A stretch of DNA of 32,000 nucleotides. Origin: Microcystis aeruginosa NIES-2549 (GTDB lineage Bacteria > Cyanobacteriota > Cyanobacteriia > Cyanobacteriales > Microcystaceae). Shown here piece by piece: positions 18,330-26,831 of this stretch. Under the pieces are notes generated by a model that had not been told where the DNA came from, made no database searches, and saw only the letters and a list, made by a program, of their open reading frames with translations. A program made the translations under genes and the position numbers. Location of the stretch: NCBI RefSeq assembly GCF_000981785.2, contig NZ_CP011304.1, positions 2,820,001-2,852,000 of the forward strand. The letters are read 5' to 3'. How positions within the stretch are numbered: position 1 is the first letter of the stretch; each line of letters begins with the position of its first letter.

Positions 18330-18867
18330 TGTTATCAGAAAATGAAAAAATAATTAAATAGTTATGTCAAGAGTTAGGGCAATGTCTTTATGAACAATCC
18401 CAAGTTGAGAAATTTAATAACTCGGCAGAGATAGAGGAGACTGTTAGAGATTTAATGATTCAGTATGTCAACCCAGAAATAGGTATTTTTTTGTCAAAAC
18501 AAGCACAGGAGAAACAGCAGGTCGGACAAGAAAAGTAAAAAGTATTTTGGGTGAATTACCAATTACATAAAAACAAGCGAAAAAATTAGAAATAAAGCCT
18601 CGGACTCACATGATTCCAATGTTAGAGAAGAACTGTTTGCTATTAAGTGGCAATGAATCATTAGAGAAATCGGCGCAGAAAATCAAATCATTGACAGGAA
18701 TTGCTGTTCCTCACAGTACCCAACAACGCCTCGTACATCGCTATCATTTTGAAGAATTATCGTTGGCAAAAGATGTCGGGTTATCGGCAGAAAAAATTGT
18801 CCTATTAGTGCAAGATAATGCTGGGGGCATAGAAGTCAAAAACTTGAAGTTACCGATGGAATCATGA
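18330..18867 (+). pseudogene. ISKra4-like transposase N-terminal region, broken by several stops
   Basis: Frame-hopping translation gives MLSENEKIIK*, ..EIEETVRDLMIQYVNPEIGIFLSKQAQEKQQVGQEK* and MIPMLEKNCLLLSGNESLEKSAQKIKSLTGIAVPHSTQQRLVHR. This resembles ISKra4-type transposase N-termini as I remember them. Confidence 0.55.
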
Positions 18868-19068
18868 TCTATTTTCTACTTTGCTTATTCGCCAGAATTA
18901 CAGCCAGCCAAGAGATTGTGGTCTCTAGTAGATGAACCTCTGGTTAATGAGCATTTTGAAAAGATCGAAGAAAGGTCAGAAATTCTGATAACTCGTTGTC
19001 AGTATCTCGAAACAATGACTAATGGAATTAAAAACTTGACTAACTATCATTGGCTAACTTATGATTGA
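18868..19068 (+). pseudogene. Second IS630-family transposase fragment (extreme C-terminus)
   Basis: My translation reads SIFYFAYSPELQPAKRLWSLVDEPLVNEHFEKIEERSEILITRCQYLETMTNGIKNLTNYHWLTYD*. It has no start codon. It lies on the opposite strand to, and has a different sequence from, the fragment at 17790. Confidence 0.65.
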
Positions 19069-19122
19069 TTGTTATCAGCGTTTCAAAACAGGATTTGGTA
19101 GAAAGTGTATCAGGAAGCTTGA

Positions 19123-19254
19123 GAAGAAGGTGAATTAGCGGCAAAATTAGCCTCTATTCCTCGTTTATTGGCATTAGGATTAAACTTTGAACAGATAGCA
19201 CAAGCTTTAGAATTAGAGATCGAACAGGTTAGACAAGCGACTCAAGGGGAATAG
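19123..19254 (+). pseudogene. C-terminal tail fragment resembling Rpn/DUF4351-type (PD-(D/E)xK transposase-like) proteins
   Basis: EEGELAAKLASIPRLLALGLNFEQIAQALELEIEQVRQATQGE* with no upstream coding body. The family call is from memory of the ..RLL..GL..EQIA.AL.L..E.V tail. Confidence 0.4.
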
Positions 19255-19460
19255 GAAAAGTTCCAAGCGATCGCATTTTAATAATGGTTTCCCAATCTCG
19301 ATCGCTATCAATCAACAGTAAATTATTCTCCAAACTTTGATAAATTAATATAATTTCTGGGGTCTATCTATTTAGCGATCGAGGTAGCTACATTAGGACT
19401 ATTGGGGCGCAAAGAACTTGCACCCTCTGGATATCACGGTAATTCCCCTGACCGTGGCCC

Positions 19461-20804
19461 CTAGCGGAACATTGCCCGCAGGGAACTGGAGACTTGATTG
19501 GCTGCCCGTGCGGCCACCAATCCCGAAAGGGCAGCAACCACCACTGTGGCAAGGCAGGTTAGCTGGGCTGCTCCCGGTCCACCCACCCCCAGCACCATCG
19601 CCATGGCGGTCAGAGGTAGGCGATAGCCGCCAGCAATACCGGCCGCTGCCCCCGCCGCACCCGCCAGATCCCCCGAAATCTCAAAGGTGGTTGCGAACAC
19701 CCGGCCAGTGAGGTCGCCGATCGCCAGAAAAGGGACAAACACGCCGCCACAGCCACCGGCCAAAACCGCAGCGGTGGTAGCCGCGGCCCGGAGCAGAGCT
19801 ACCGCCAACAGGTGGTAAGGAGTTGTTTCAGTGTTTTCGGCCCAGAGGATAGCGCCCACCCCCGGTCCAAAAGCCGCTGCTGGAGTCGCCACCTGTCCGA
19901 TCACGATCGCCAAGAATAGCATCACCAGGCCACCGATGAGGAGACGAGTGGCGGGCCTGTCCCGCAAGCCTCTGGCCCAGTAGATCGCCTCACCGGTGAG
20001 GGCTGTAATCGTGCCAGCGATCACTCCGATCAACAAAGTGGCAGCCACCGCATCCCAGAAGTCAGTCGGGGCAATCTGCGGCACCACCAGCCGGATCAGT
20101 TGCAGCTTAAAGGCAGCGTTGACCCCCCATCCCACCAGTCCCCCGGCTAACATCGCCGCCACTCGCTCCGGGGTGATCGGAACCTGACGTCGCTGACTCA
20201 ACTCAAACATAAAAAAGCTGCCCACCAGAGGGATTCCCATCAGAGCCGAAACACTTGCCGCACCGCCGCCGATGGCCAGGGGCCGCACCAGTTGACCCAG
20301 GGCTGGATTGGTGCTGCCTAACCAGGTTCCCGTCGCCACGCCAATATGAGCCGCCGGTGATTCTGTTCCCATGGGCGCCCCCAGTCCAACAGTGGAGAGG
20401 ATGGCCATGGCCCGCAACGGTGCTAGATTCCAGGGGAAGCGCTCTTCGGCACCGGATGCGTTAACCACGTCACCGGTCAGATCGGCGCGAGCAATGTCAT
20501 GGGGGAAGGAGTACCAGGCCATGAGAGAACCCCAGCGGCCAGAGGCAGTCGCCCCGCGGGGAGCTAAGGTCTGCACAGGTTGGCCCCTACCCAGTCCAAA
20601 CAGGACTAGCACTGCTAAAGTAACGCCCACCAGAGGCAGCAGCAGTAGCCAGACGTTGCCTAGGTTAGAGGCAATTCTGAGGGTTTGCTTAATTGCCTCA
20701 GTCAGCAGTACCGCGGCCAGAGAACCGATCAAACCGCCGAGCAGACCAGCAACGGCCCATGGGCCTACCCTGGTTAAGAGAAGTTGTAGTTTGTTATTTA
20801 GCAT
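19461..20804 (-). CDS. ClC-family (voltage-gated chloride channel / EriC-like) membrane protein, no CBS domains
   Basis: 447 aa polytopic protein. GTESP aligns to the GREGP gating-Glu motif and GGVFVPFLAIG aligns to GxFxP. GC content is strikingly high relative to the flanks. Confidence 0.82.
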   Translation of the reverse strand: MLNNKLQLLLTRVGPWAVAGLLGGLIGSLAAVLLTEAIKQTLRIASNLGNVWLLLLPLVGVTLAVLVLFGLGRGQPVQTLAPRGATASGRWGSLMAWYSFPHDIARADLTGDVVNASGAEERFPWNLAPLRAMAILSTVGLGAPMGTESPAAHIGVATGTWLGSTNPALGQLVRPLAIGGGAASVSALMGIPLVGSFFMFELSQRRQVPITPERVAAMLAGGLVGWGVNAAFKLQLIRLVVPQIAPTDFWDAVAATLLIGVIAGTITALTGEAIYWARGLRDRPATRLLIGGLVMLFLAIVIGQVATPAAAFGPGVGAILWAENTETTPYHLLAVALLRAAATTAAVLAGGCGGVFVPFLAIGDLTGRVFATTFEISGDLAGAAGAAAGIAGGYRLPLTAMAMVLGVGGPGAAQLTCLATVVVAALSGLVAARAANQVSSSLRAMFR

Positions 20805-20952
20805 CGCGCAAGGAAAGTTAAGCTTTTATTGTTCTGATAGCAAGTCCATTTGAGTAGTCAAGCAAAACACCCTGAAAGTCTTTACTATATTATCTGTAAC
20901 TACCTTCTGCCTATTGCCTATCCCAACCAAGAAATTAATTTTACACGACTAC

Positions 20953-22398
20953 TTAATAGTGACGTGGAGTATAAACCCATTGCTTGCTTTTACCCTGCTC
21001 AATAAGGCGAGTTTTACTCGACCCGATCAAAATTATGGTTCGCATATCCCCATCGTTAATAGTCATATCCTCTAGGAATTTTACCGTCACCGTTTCCCCT
21101 TTTCGTCCTAAATTACGCGCTAATACCACGGGAGTTTGCGGCGATCGCCATTGTAATAAAATCTCTTTTGCCTTCTCTAATTGCCAAGTGCGCTCTTGAG
21201 ACACAGGATTATAAAATGCGATCGCTAAATCTGCTCGGGCCGCTAACTCAATGCGCTGAGAAATCACCTGCCAAGATTTGAGAATATCCGATAGGGAAAT
21301 CGCACAAAAATCATGGCCTAAAGGTGCGCCAACCCTGGCGGCCGCCGCCTGCATGGCCGAAATCCCCGGACAGACCTGAATGGCCACCTGCTGCCATGCC
21401 GGTTTTGCTTTTTTTTCTAATACCTCAAACACGGCCGCAGCCATGGCATAAATTCCCGGATCTCCAGAGGAAACTAAGACAACCGATCGCCCCTTAGCCG
21501 CTAAATCTAGGGCCATTTCTGCTCGATCGAGTTCCACCCGATTATCCGATTCATGGCGGACAATTTCTGGTTTTCTCAGGGATTCTACCAAATCCAAATA
21601 AGTTTTATAACCCACCCAATCCGTGGCTTTTTCCAACACTTCTCGAACTTCTGGCGACATCCAATTTAGCGCACCCGGTCCGGTTCCGACTATGGCTAAT
21701 TTACCTTGACTTTCCTGGGCCAAATCCCCCGGTAGTAAACCAGATTTTTCCTTAATTTGCTGGCTTTGCTCCCAGAGATAAACTAAACAGTCACTGCTAG
21801 GTTTTGCCAAGTTTAAGTTATTTTTATCGATAATCTCAATGCTCAGTTTTGCTGCTGATGAAATTGGTAAATTACTATTTTTTAACCAGTCCGCTTCACC
21901 GATTAATTTTACTTTTTCACCCGCCAATAAATCGGACAGAAACTTCTTAGCATCATCGGGATTAACTAACTGATAACCGGGTGGTGGCGATAATAAGGTC
22001 GTTTTAAATCTAATATCACCAGTGGTGGTAATTGCGGGGGAAATTTGCAAAACCGAGGCAATTTGACGAGCGAGATCATTAACCCCTTGTAAACCCCCCA
22101 ACAAAGGCACTACGGCGCTGCCATCTTCGGCGATTGCTAATACAGGTGGTTCTTGCCATTTATTAATTAATAAAGGTGCTAAAGTACGAATTAAAATACC
22201 CGCCGCACAAATGCCAATAATTGGCGTTCCTGTCTGGAAAAATTCTCGCACCGTTTCGCCAAAATTAGTATAGGTAAAATCAGCCGAATGGGTACGATCT
22301 ATTAACCCATAAACCACTGCTTCCGGTAAGGCCATTTGCACTTGACGAGCAACGGTGATACTGGTTTCTCCTAAAATCAGAATAGCTGGAGGTTTCAT
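20953..22398 (-). CDS. cobJ: Fused CbiG-like / precorrin-3B C17-methyltransferase (CobJ/CbiH) cobalamin biosynthesis protein
   Basis: 481 aa. The C-terminal half has tetrapyrrole methylase motifs (LAIVGTGPG...SSGDPGIYAMA). The N-terminal ~230 aa are CbiG-like. Confidence 0.82.
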   Translation of the reverse strand: MKPPAILILGETSITVARQVQMALPEAVVYGLIDRTHSADFTYTNFGETVREFFQTGTPIIGICAAGILIRTLAPLLINKWQEPPVLAIAEDGSAVVPLLGGLQGVNDLARQIASVLQISPAITTTGDIRFKTTLLSPPPGYQLVNPDDAKKFLSDLLAGEKVKLIGEADWLKNSNLPISSAAKLSIEIIDKNNLNLAKPSSDCLVYLWEQSQQIKEKSGLLPGDLAQESQGKLAIVGTGPGALNWMSPEVREVLEKATDWVGYKTYLDLVESLRKPEIVRHESDNRVELDRAEMALDLAAKGRSVVLVSSGDPGIYAMAAAVFEVLEKKAKPAWQQVAIQVCPGISAMQAAAARVGAPLGHDFCAISLSDILKSWQVISQRIELAARADLAIAFYNPVSQERTWQLEKAKEILLQWRSPQTPVVLARNLGRKGETVTVKFLEDMTINDGDMRTIILIGSSKTRLIEQGKSKQWVYTPRHY

Positions 22399-23147
22399 TT
22401 GGCTTCCCCCGACTGCGTTGCGGTTAACTTTTGGATAAATTCTTGATGTTCTTCCGAGTTAATTCCAGCTTTTAAGATGTCCAACACCCGTGACATATTG
22501 CCGTTGAGCATGGCAGATTCGACAAGCTCACTGCAAGCTGAAACATCTAACCACAAACCCGGAAATACTAGAGAACAAATCACCCCTTCTTGGTTGGGTA
22601 ACAAAGAAATATAATCACCATCTTGTAAACTAAACCAATCAATTTTTTGATCAAATACCTGCCAAATAAGGTATTCTTGAATGCCACCGCGTCGATAAGC
22701 ACGTTTTTTATCCCCTAAATCTATGGCGGCACTACTAGCGGCAATTTCTACCACTAATTCCGGCGCTCCTTCTAGGTATCCCTCTACAGTTAGGGTTGAT
22801 TTTCCACCGCTTTCTTGACTAATTAATAACACCCCATCCGGCTGTAGTTCGTTGTCGATATCCAAGCGAACGGTTGGCTCAATACCCATTTGTACTTGGG
22901 GTGTAGCAGCTTGATAAACTCCCAACCAAGTGATTAAACGTCCGTGGGGTTCAGCATGAAATTTAAACCTTAATGGGGATGCCATATACACAACTCCTTC
23001 GATCAGTTCGGCTTTTTTTAATCCTGGCATAGCTTGATAACGGCGCTCGAATTCGGGACGAATTAAGCGATCCCCATTTTCTAACGGGGGTAAATGTTGA
23101 GTGGTTACAGTCTGAGAATTTAAGGATTTAACCGGGGAAGAAGTCAT
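22395..23147 (-). CDS. Uma2 (DUF820) family endonuclease
   Basis: The ORF track extends to 23282, but the Uma2 homology and a plausible start (MTSSPVKS, ATG complement of 23145-23147) give about 250 aa. Core motif PDGVLLI...EIAASS...K...Y...GIQEYLIW. The stop overlaps the cobJ start (ATGA). Confidence 0.78.
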   Translation of the reverse strand: MTSSPVKSLNSQTVTTQHLPPLENGDRLIRPEFERRYQAMPGLKKAELIEGVVYMASPLRFKFHAEPHGRLITWLGVYQAATPQVQMGIEPTVRLDIDNELQPDGVLLISQESGGKSTLTVEGYLEGAPELVVEIAASSAAIDLGDKKRAYRRGGIQEYLIWQVFDQKIDWFSLQDGDYISLLPNQEGVICSLVFPGLWLDVSACSELVESAMLNGNMSRVLDILKAGINSEEHQEFIQKLTATQSGEAK

Positions 23148-23488
23148 GGTGGCAGTCTTTGGGAACAAAACAGCATTGATTTTATTATAGATTGTTTCAT
23201 CGGACTTCTTAAGGGATTTAATTTTTAACTGAAATTTCGCCGGAAGTCCTGAGCTTTTAGCGATGGTATGAATGGCGACCAACAGATAGACAATTACCCA
23301 AAACTATACCATTTATCTTAGTGATGAGGTACAAAATTTTCCTTTTAGTAAGTCGGTAGTCGATACCAAATTAGGTTACACTTCATCTAGTTATGAGAAA
23401 TGCTGTCATAACTGATATAGCGCACCTAAATGAAATGTAAACGTCCTCTTCTAGAGCCTACCCATTCACGAATAACCGATAACTGATA

Positions 23489-24196
23489 ATGTTGGTTCCC
23501 CTTACCCGTCAATCGATCGAGCAAATTGTCCCAATTATCGCCACAGGTCCCCAGTACGCTCACTATTGGGGTAAATGGTCTGATTTTCTGCGCCGTTTAT
23601 TCATTTCTATCATCGCTCTCACCGCAGCCTGGTTAATCGGTAATTTATTCGGCCCCGGTGGTTTAACAATTAAACTGATTTTCGACATTATCGCCGGTTT
23701 ATATTGGCTCTGGGGTCCGGTTTACTGGGCCAGTGTTCGCAATAATACCTATCGTCGTCTTCCCTACGGGGGATTTTGGCGCGGTCGCGTTTTCGATGCT
23801 TTTGTGACTGAGGAATTAATCGGGGAAGAAGAAAGGGTCAATAAACGCGGGGAATTAGAGATTATCGAAAATCGCCAACGCTGTATTAATCTAGAAATCG
23901 GTGATCAAACTGGCTTTTCGGCGATCGTTCGCGCTCCCCTCAAACGCATCCATAAATCGATCCGTCCCGGGATGGCGGCCGAAGCTTTGTTAATGTCTCG
24001 AGACCCCGATTTAGGGGATATCAATCAGCTTTCTGATGTCCATCTTCCCCAACTCGACCAGTGGATAGGGGAATATCCTGTGCTGCGACGGGATATTTTT
24101 CAGCAAGTTAGTCGCGAATTGGGAGGGGGAAAAGAACCCCGGCCAAAACCTTCTCGTTATTCTAATAATGTCATCCGAAGACGCAAAACCCGTTAA
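23489..24196 (+). CDS. Conserved hypothetical membrane protein
   Basis: 235 aa with two or three hydrophobic segments and a basic C-terminal tail. The start codon sits inside a ctgataATG heptamer tract. Family not recognised with certainty. Confidence 0.6.
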   Translation: MLVPLTRQSIEQIVPIIATGPQYAHYWGKWSDFLRRLFISIIALTAAWLIGNLFGPGGLTIKLIFDIIAGLYWLWGPVYWASVRNNTYRRLPYGGFWRGRVFDAFVTEELIGEEERVNKRGELEIIENRQRCINLEIGDQTGFSAIVRAPLKRIHKSIRPGMAAEALLMSRDPDLGDINQLSDVHLPQLDQWIGEYPVLRRDIFQQVSRELGGGKEPRPKPSRYSNNVIRRRKTR

Positions 24197-24362
24197 TTGT
24201 TCGGCAATCTTTGAAAAGATACCAGTTTCTCAGTCATCAATGAATCATAATTTACAGATTTTGGCTAATTTAATCCTTGTTTTTGCCGTTTTTGAACCAT
24301 CAAAAATTAATTATGCAAGAGGTTTAATATAATGTTAATTGAGCTTAGAAGGAGATAAATCG

Positions 24363-24794
24363 ATGACGGCATCCTATGAGCAAGACTTTGGACTTTGGGC
24401 CGAACAAATGGCCGATTTATTAGCCTCCGGTCGGTTTTCCGAGTTAGATATTGAGAATTTAGTCGAAGAGGTGCGGGATTTGTCGAAACGGGAGCGCGAT
24501 CGCTTACTCGCTAGTCTCAGATTAATTTTGCATCATTTATTAAGGTGGGACTATCAACCTCAACGGCGATCCAGGGGTTGGTTGGGAACTATTCAGCGAG
24601 AAAGAGCTAATATTAGGCTTTATTTGGACGATAGCCCCAGTTTCAAGCGATATTTAACCGATGAAAGCCTATTTAAACTCTATGCTGTTGCTTGTTGCGA
24701 TGCCTTTAGAGAGACGGGATTAGAGTTTCCCCCCATTTGTCCCTACGGTATTGAGGATATTTTAAATCGTTCTCTTCATTTGTCGGAACGATAG
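24363..24794 (+). CDS. DUF29 family protein
   Basis: MTASYEQDFGLWAEQMADLL..GRFSELDIENLVEEV.DLSKRERDRL.S.L..ILHHLL.W.YQP is the characteristic DUF29 N-terminus. The ATG at 24363 follows aaggag (24349-24354). The TTG at 24339 in the ORF track is less likely. Confidence 0.85.
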   Translation: MTASYEQDFGLWAEQMADLLASGRFSELDIENLVEEVRDLSKRERDRLLASLRLILHHLLRWDYQPQRRSRGWLGTIQRERANIRLYLDDSPSFKRYLTDESLFKLYAVACCDAFRETGLEFPPICPYGIEDILNRSLHLSER

Positions 24795-24860
24795 ACGAAT
24801 CTCCTCACCTAACGACTGTATCTTAGAATACATTGTGCCTACCAAAACCAGCCGAAACCC

Positions 24861-25348
24861 CTAGTGATTTTCTTCTTCTCTATTTTCAATATTTATTGCT
24901 GACATTTCTGAAGGCAAAGGAGTTGCTAAACGAATATTGACATCAATCATCAATTGATTTTTTTCAATCTTTATATTCGCTCTTTTCACAACAATGAAAG
25001 CAGAAATAGAATCACTGGCATCGTATTCAAGAGAAAAATCTTTTTTATAACCAGCATCCTCTAACCATTCAGCAATATTACGCCAATTCTCTACCTTGCC
25101 ATTATTATTACCAACCAGTTCTTTAACGTATTGATAGAGCGTAGTGCATAAATCTACCTCAACTCCTTTACGACTCTTCTTGAGTTTTTCAGCAATTTCT
25201 GTGGGACTATAACCGCAGAGTAATCCTTGTAAATGTTTTTTTCAGTAGGAGTCAGTCGCTTTCCCTTAACAGAAGCAAGATCAAGATAAAGAGTTTCTAA
25301 GTCCCATTGACTCATAGCTCGGGAAAAAGGGTCATTATTGGTATCCAT
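24861..25348 (-). pseudogene. HTH (LuxR/sigma-70 region-4-like) protein gene whose reading frame changes at an A7 run. It is either frameshifted or recoded.
   Basis: Frame 0 gives 64 aa ending at 25154. After a -1 shift at GA A AAA AAC (complement of 25235-25243) the frame stays open to 24861. It then reads ..LTPTEKKHLQGLLCGYSPTEIAEKLKKSRKGVEVDLCTTLYQYVKELVG...VENWRNIAEWLEDAGYKK.., about 162 aa in total. Confidence 0.6.
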
Positions 25349-25478
25349 AAATTTTTGCCTAAAAATTTCCTAGTCAGATTCTAGCATAATTCCTAGTGTT
25401 GACTAATTGAATGATGTAGAACTATAACTTATTGTAAATGATTAGTAAACAACCACTTTTTAATTGAGGTAATTAAAT

Positions 25479-26021
25479 ATGCCTAGTTATACTCCTCCTA
25501 CCAGTTATACTGGTACTAAAAATAGCGATAGAATCTACGGATCTGCTCAAAATGATTATATTTTTGGGGCTGGTGGGGATGATAAATTATATGGCGGTCT
25601 TGGAAATGATACTCTTGCGGGAGGTGAAGGAAATGACTATCTTGATGGAGGCGATGGTGACGATATTTTGCAAGGATCGGACACTCTTAATTATTACTAC
25701 GGCATCCCCGGTCTAACTGTCCCAGAATATGATACTTTAGTTGGAGGTGCGGGTCGTGATACATTTGTAATTGGGAATAATCGAGGTAATCTTAATATGG
25801 GACCAGGTTATGCAGTAATAGCTGATTTTACCTCTTTTGTTGATCGCATTCAAGTTAAACAAAGTGGAGTATCTGCAGTAACTGGTATTACTCTTAAAAA
25901 ACAAAATATGGTTGGAGGAGGTGCTTCAGATACACTTATTTATAATGGTACAGATTTGATAGCAGTTGTTCAAGATAATAGTAGTTTGGAATTAAATAGT
26001 AGTTATTTTAACTTTGTTTAA
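25479..26021 (+). CDS. Hemolysin-type (RTX-like) calcium-binding repeat protein
   Basis: 180 aa. Consecutive GGxGxD nonapeptides ([35 protein letters not shown], later GGAGRDTF). No N-terminal signal peptide. Confidence 0.75.
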   Translation: MPSYTPPTSYTGTKNSDRIYGSAQNDYIFGAGGDDKLYGGLGNDTLAGGEGNDYLDGGDGDDILQGSDTLNYYYGIPGLTVPEYDTLVGGAGRDTFVIGNNRGNLNMGPGYAVIADFTSFVDRIQVKQSGVSAVTGITLKKQNMVGGGASDTLIYNGTDLIAVVQDNSSLELNSSYFNFV

Positions 26022-26038
26022 TGCAACTATCAGATTTT

Positions 26039-26155
26039 GTAGGGTGCGTTAGGTGGCCACCAATTCTGATCAAAAACCAAAATCAATAATCCGCGCTCCA
26101 CGCAGCAAATTTATTATTAAATTGGTGCATTATGCTTTCGCACTTCACACCCTAA
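26039..26155 (+). repeat. MITE-like element, copy 1 (complete, with terminal inverted repeats)
   Basis: tgtagggtg...caccctaa termini. Internal long-range pairing caccaatt/aattggtg. About 80% identical by eye to 26832-26927. Confidence 0.7.
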
Positions 26156-26259
26156 GAGTGGTAAGAAGTTGAAGGGTGATCGTTCTTGTCGGTGGGGTGG
26201 AGTGCGATCTCTGTCATCGAATAAGATATAATTGGGAAAGTCCAAATAATTAAAGCATT

Positions 26260-26484
26260 ATGAGTTACCAAAACATTATTACCATTGAACCAGGAAAACG
26301 CAGCGGAAAACCCTGCATTCGAGGAATGCGTATAACTGTGTACGATATTCTAGAATATTTAGCAGCAGGAATGACAGAAGCAGAAATTCTTGAGGATTTT
26401 TCAGAATTAACCTCCGAGGATATCAAAGCTTGTTTGGCTTTTGCTGCTGATCGAGAGAAAAAATTATTTATCACCTCTTTATGA
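26260..26484 (+). CDS. DUF433 family antitoxin-like protein
   Basis: 74 aa. GKRSGKPCIRGMRITVYDILEYLAAGMT.EEIL.DF..L..EDI.ACL.FA is the DUF433 signature. Confidence 0.85.
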   Translation: MSYQNIITIEPGKRSGKPCIRGMRITVYDILEYLAAGMTEAEILEDFSELTSEDIKACLAFAADREKKLFITSL

Positions 26485-26813
26485 AACTGTTATTAGATGA
26501 AAATTTGTCAGATCGTATTATTGATAAAATAATTGATTTATATTCTAATTCTCAGCACGTCAAGACTTTAGGACTGATCAATACTGATGATGCACTTATC
26601 TGGGAATTTGCCAAATTCAACGATTTTGTAATTGTCTCTAAAGATGCCGATTTTCATCAGCGCAGTCTATTATATGGTCATCCACCCAAATTTATCTATC
26701 TTCGTATTGGTAATAGTCCCACTGCAAAGATTATCGAAATTTTAAGGGATAATTTTTTAATCGTTATTAAATTTTACAATAGTGAAACAGAAAGTATGCT
26801 GATATTAAGTTGA
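26481..26813 (+). CDS. DUF5615 (PIN-like / Mut7-C-like) toxin-like protein
   Basis: 110 aa. MKLLLDENL start motif and ..IVSKDADF.. motif. 4-nt ATGA overlap with the DUF433 gene, a typical type II TA arrangement. Confidence 0.8.
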   Translation: MKLLLDENLSDRIIDKIIDLYSNSQHVKTLGLINTDDALIWEFAKFNDFVIVSKDADFHQRSLLYGHPPKFIYLRIGNSPTAKIIEILRDNFLIVIKFYNSETESMLILS

Positions 26814-26831
26814 GTGTGAGCGCTTAATCTG

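Noticed and set aside
19262-19395. Minus-strand remnant reading ..PEIILIYQSLENNLLLIDSDRDWETIIKMRSLG..
   Set aside because: It has no start codon, is short, and I cannot assign a family. It is probably another gene fragment in the IS graveyard, but the support is too weak to annotate.
19418-20853. Four plus-strand ORFs (97, 63, 69 and 160 aa) antisense to the ClC gene
   Set aside because: These are typical stop-poor antisense frames of high-GC coding DNA, with Pro/Arg/Ala-rich low-complexity translations. The minus-strand ClC frame has the family motifs.
20805-20952. Possible fluoride (crcB-motif) riboswitch upstream of the ClC gene
   Set aside because: I read the 150-nt leader on the coding strand and could not find the conserved GGxxAUGG...CC / ..CUGAUGAUGCC-like elements. 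A covariance-model scan would settle the question.
23148-23488. Cobalamin riboswitch upstream of the Uma2-cobJ operon, and the 45-codon N-terminal extension in the ORF track (to 23282)
   Set aside because: No B12-box-like (GCCACTG-type) element was recognised. The extension has no Uma2 homology and is Lys/Ser-rich. An internal ATG at 23147 fits the family's length.
26265-26474. 69-aa antisense ORF within the DUF433 gene
   Set aside because: The plus-strand DUF433 frame has a clear family signature, so this is an antisense shadow.
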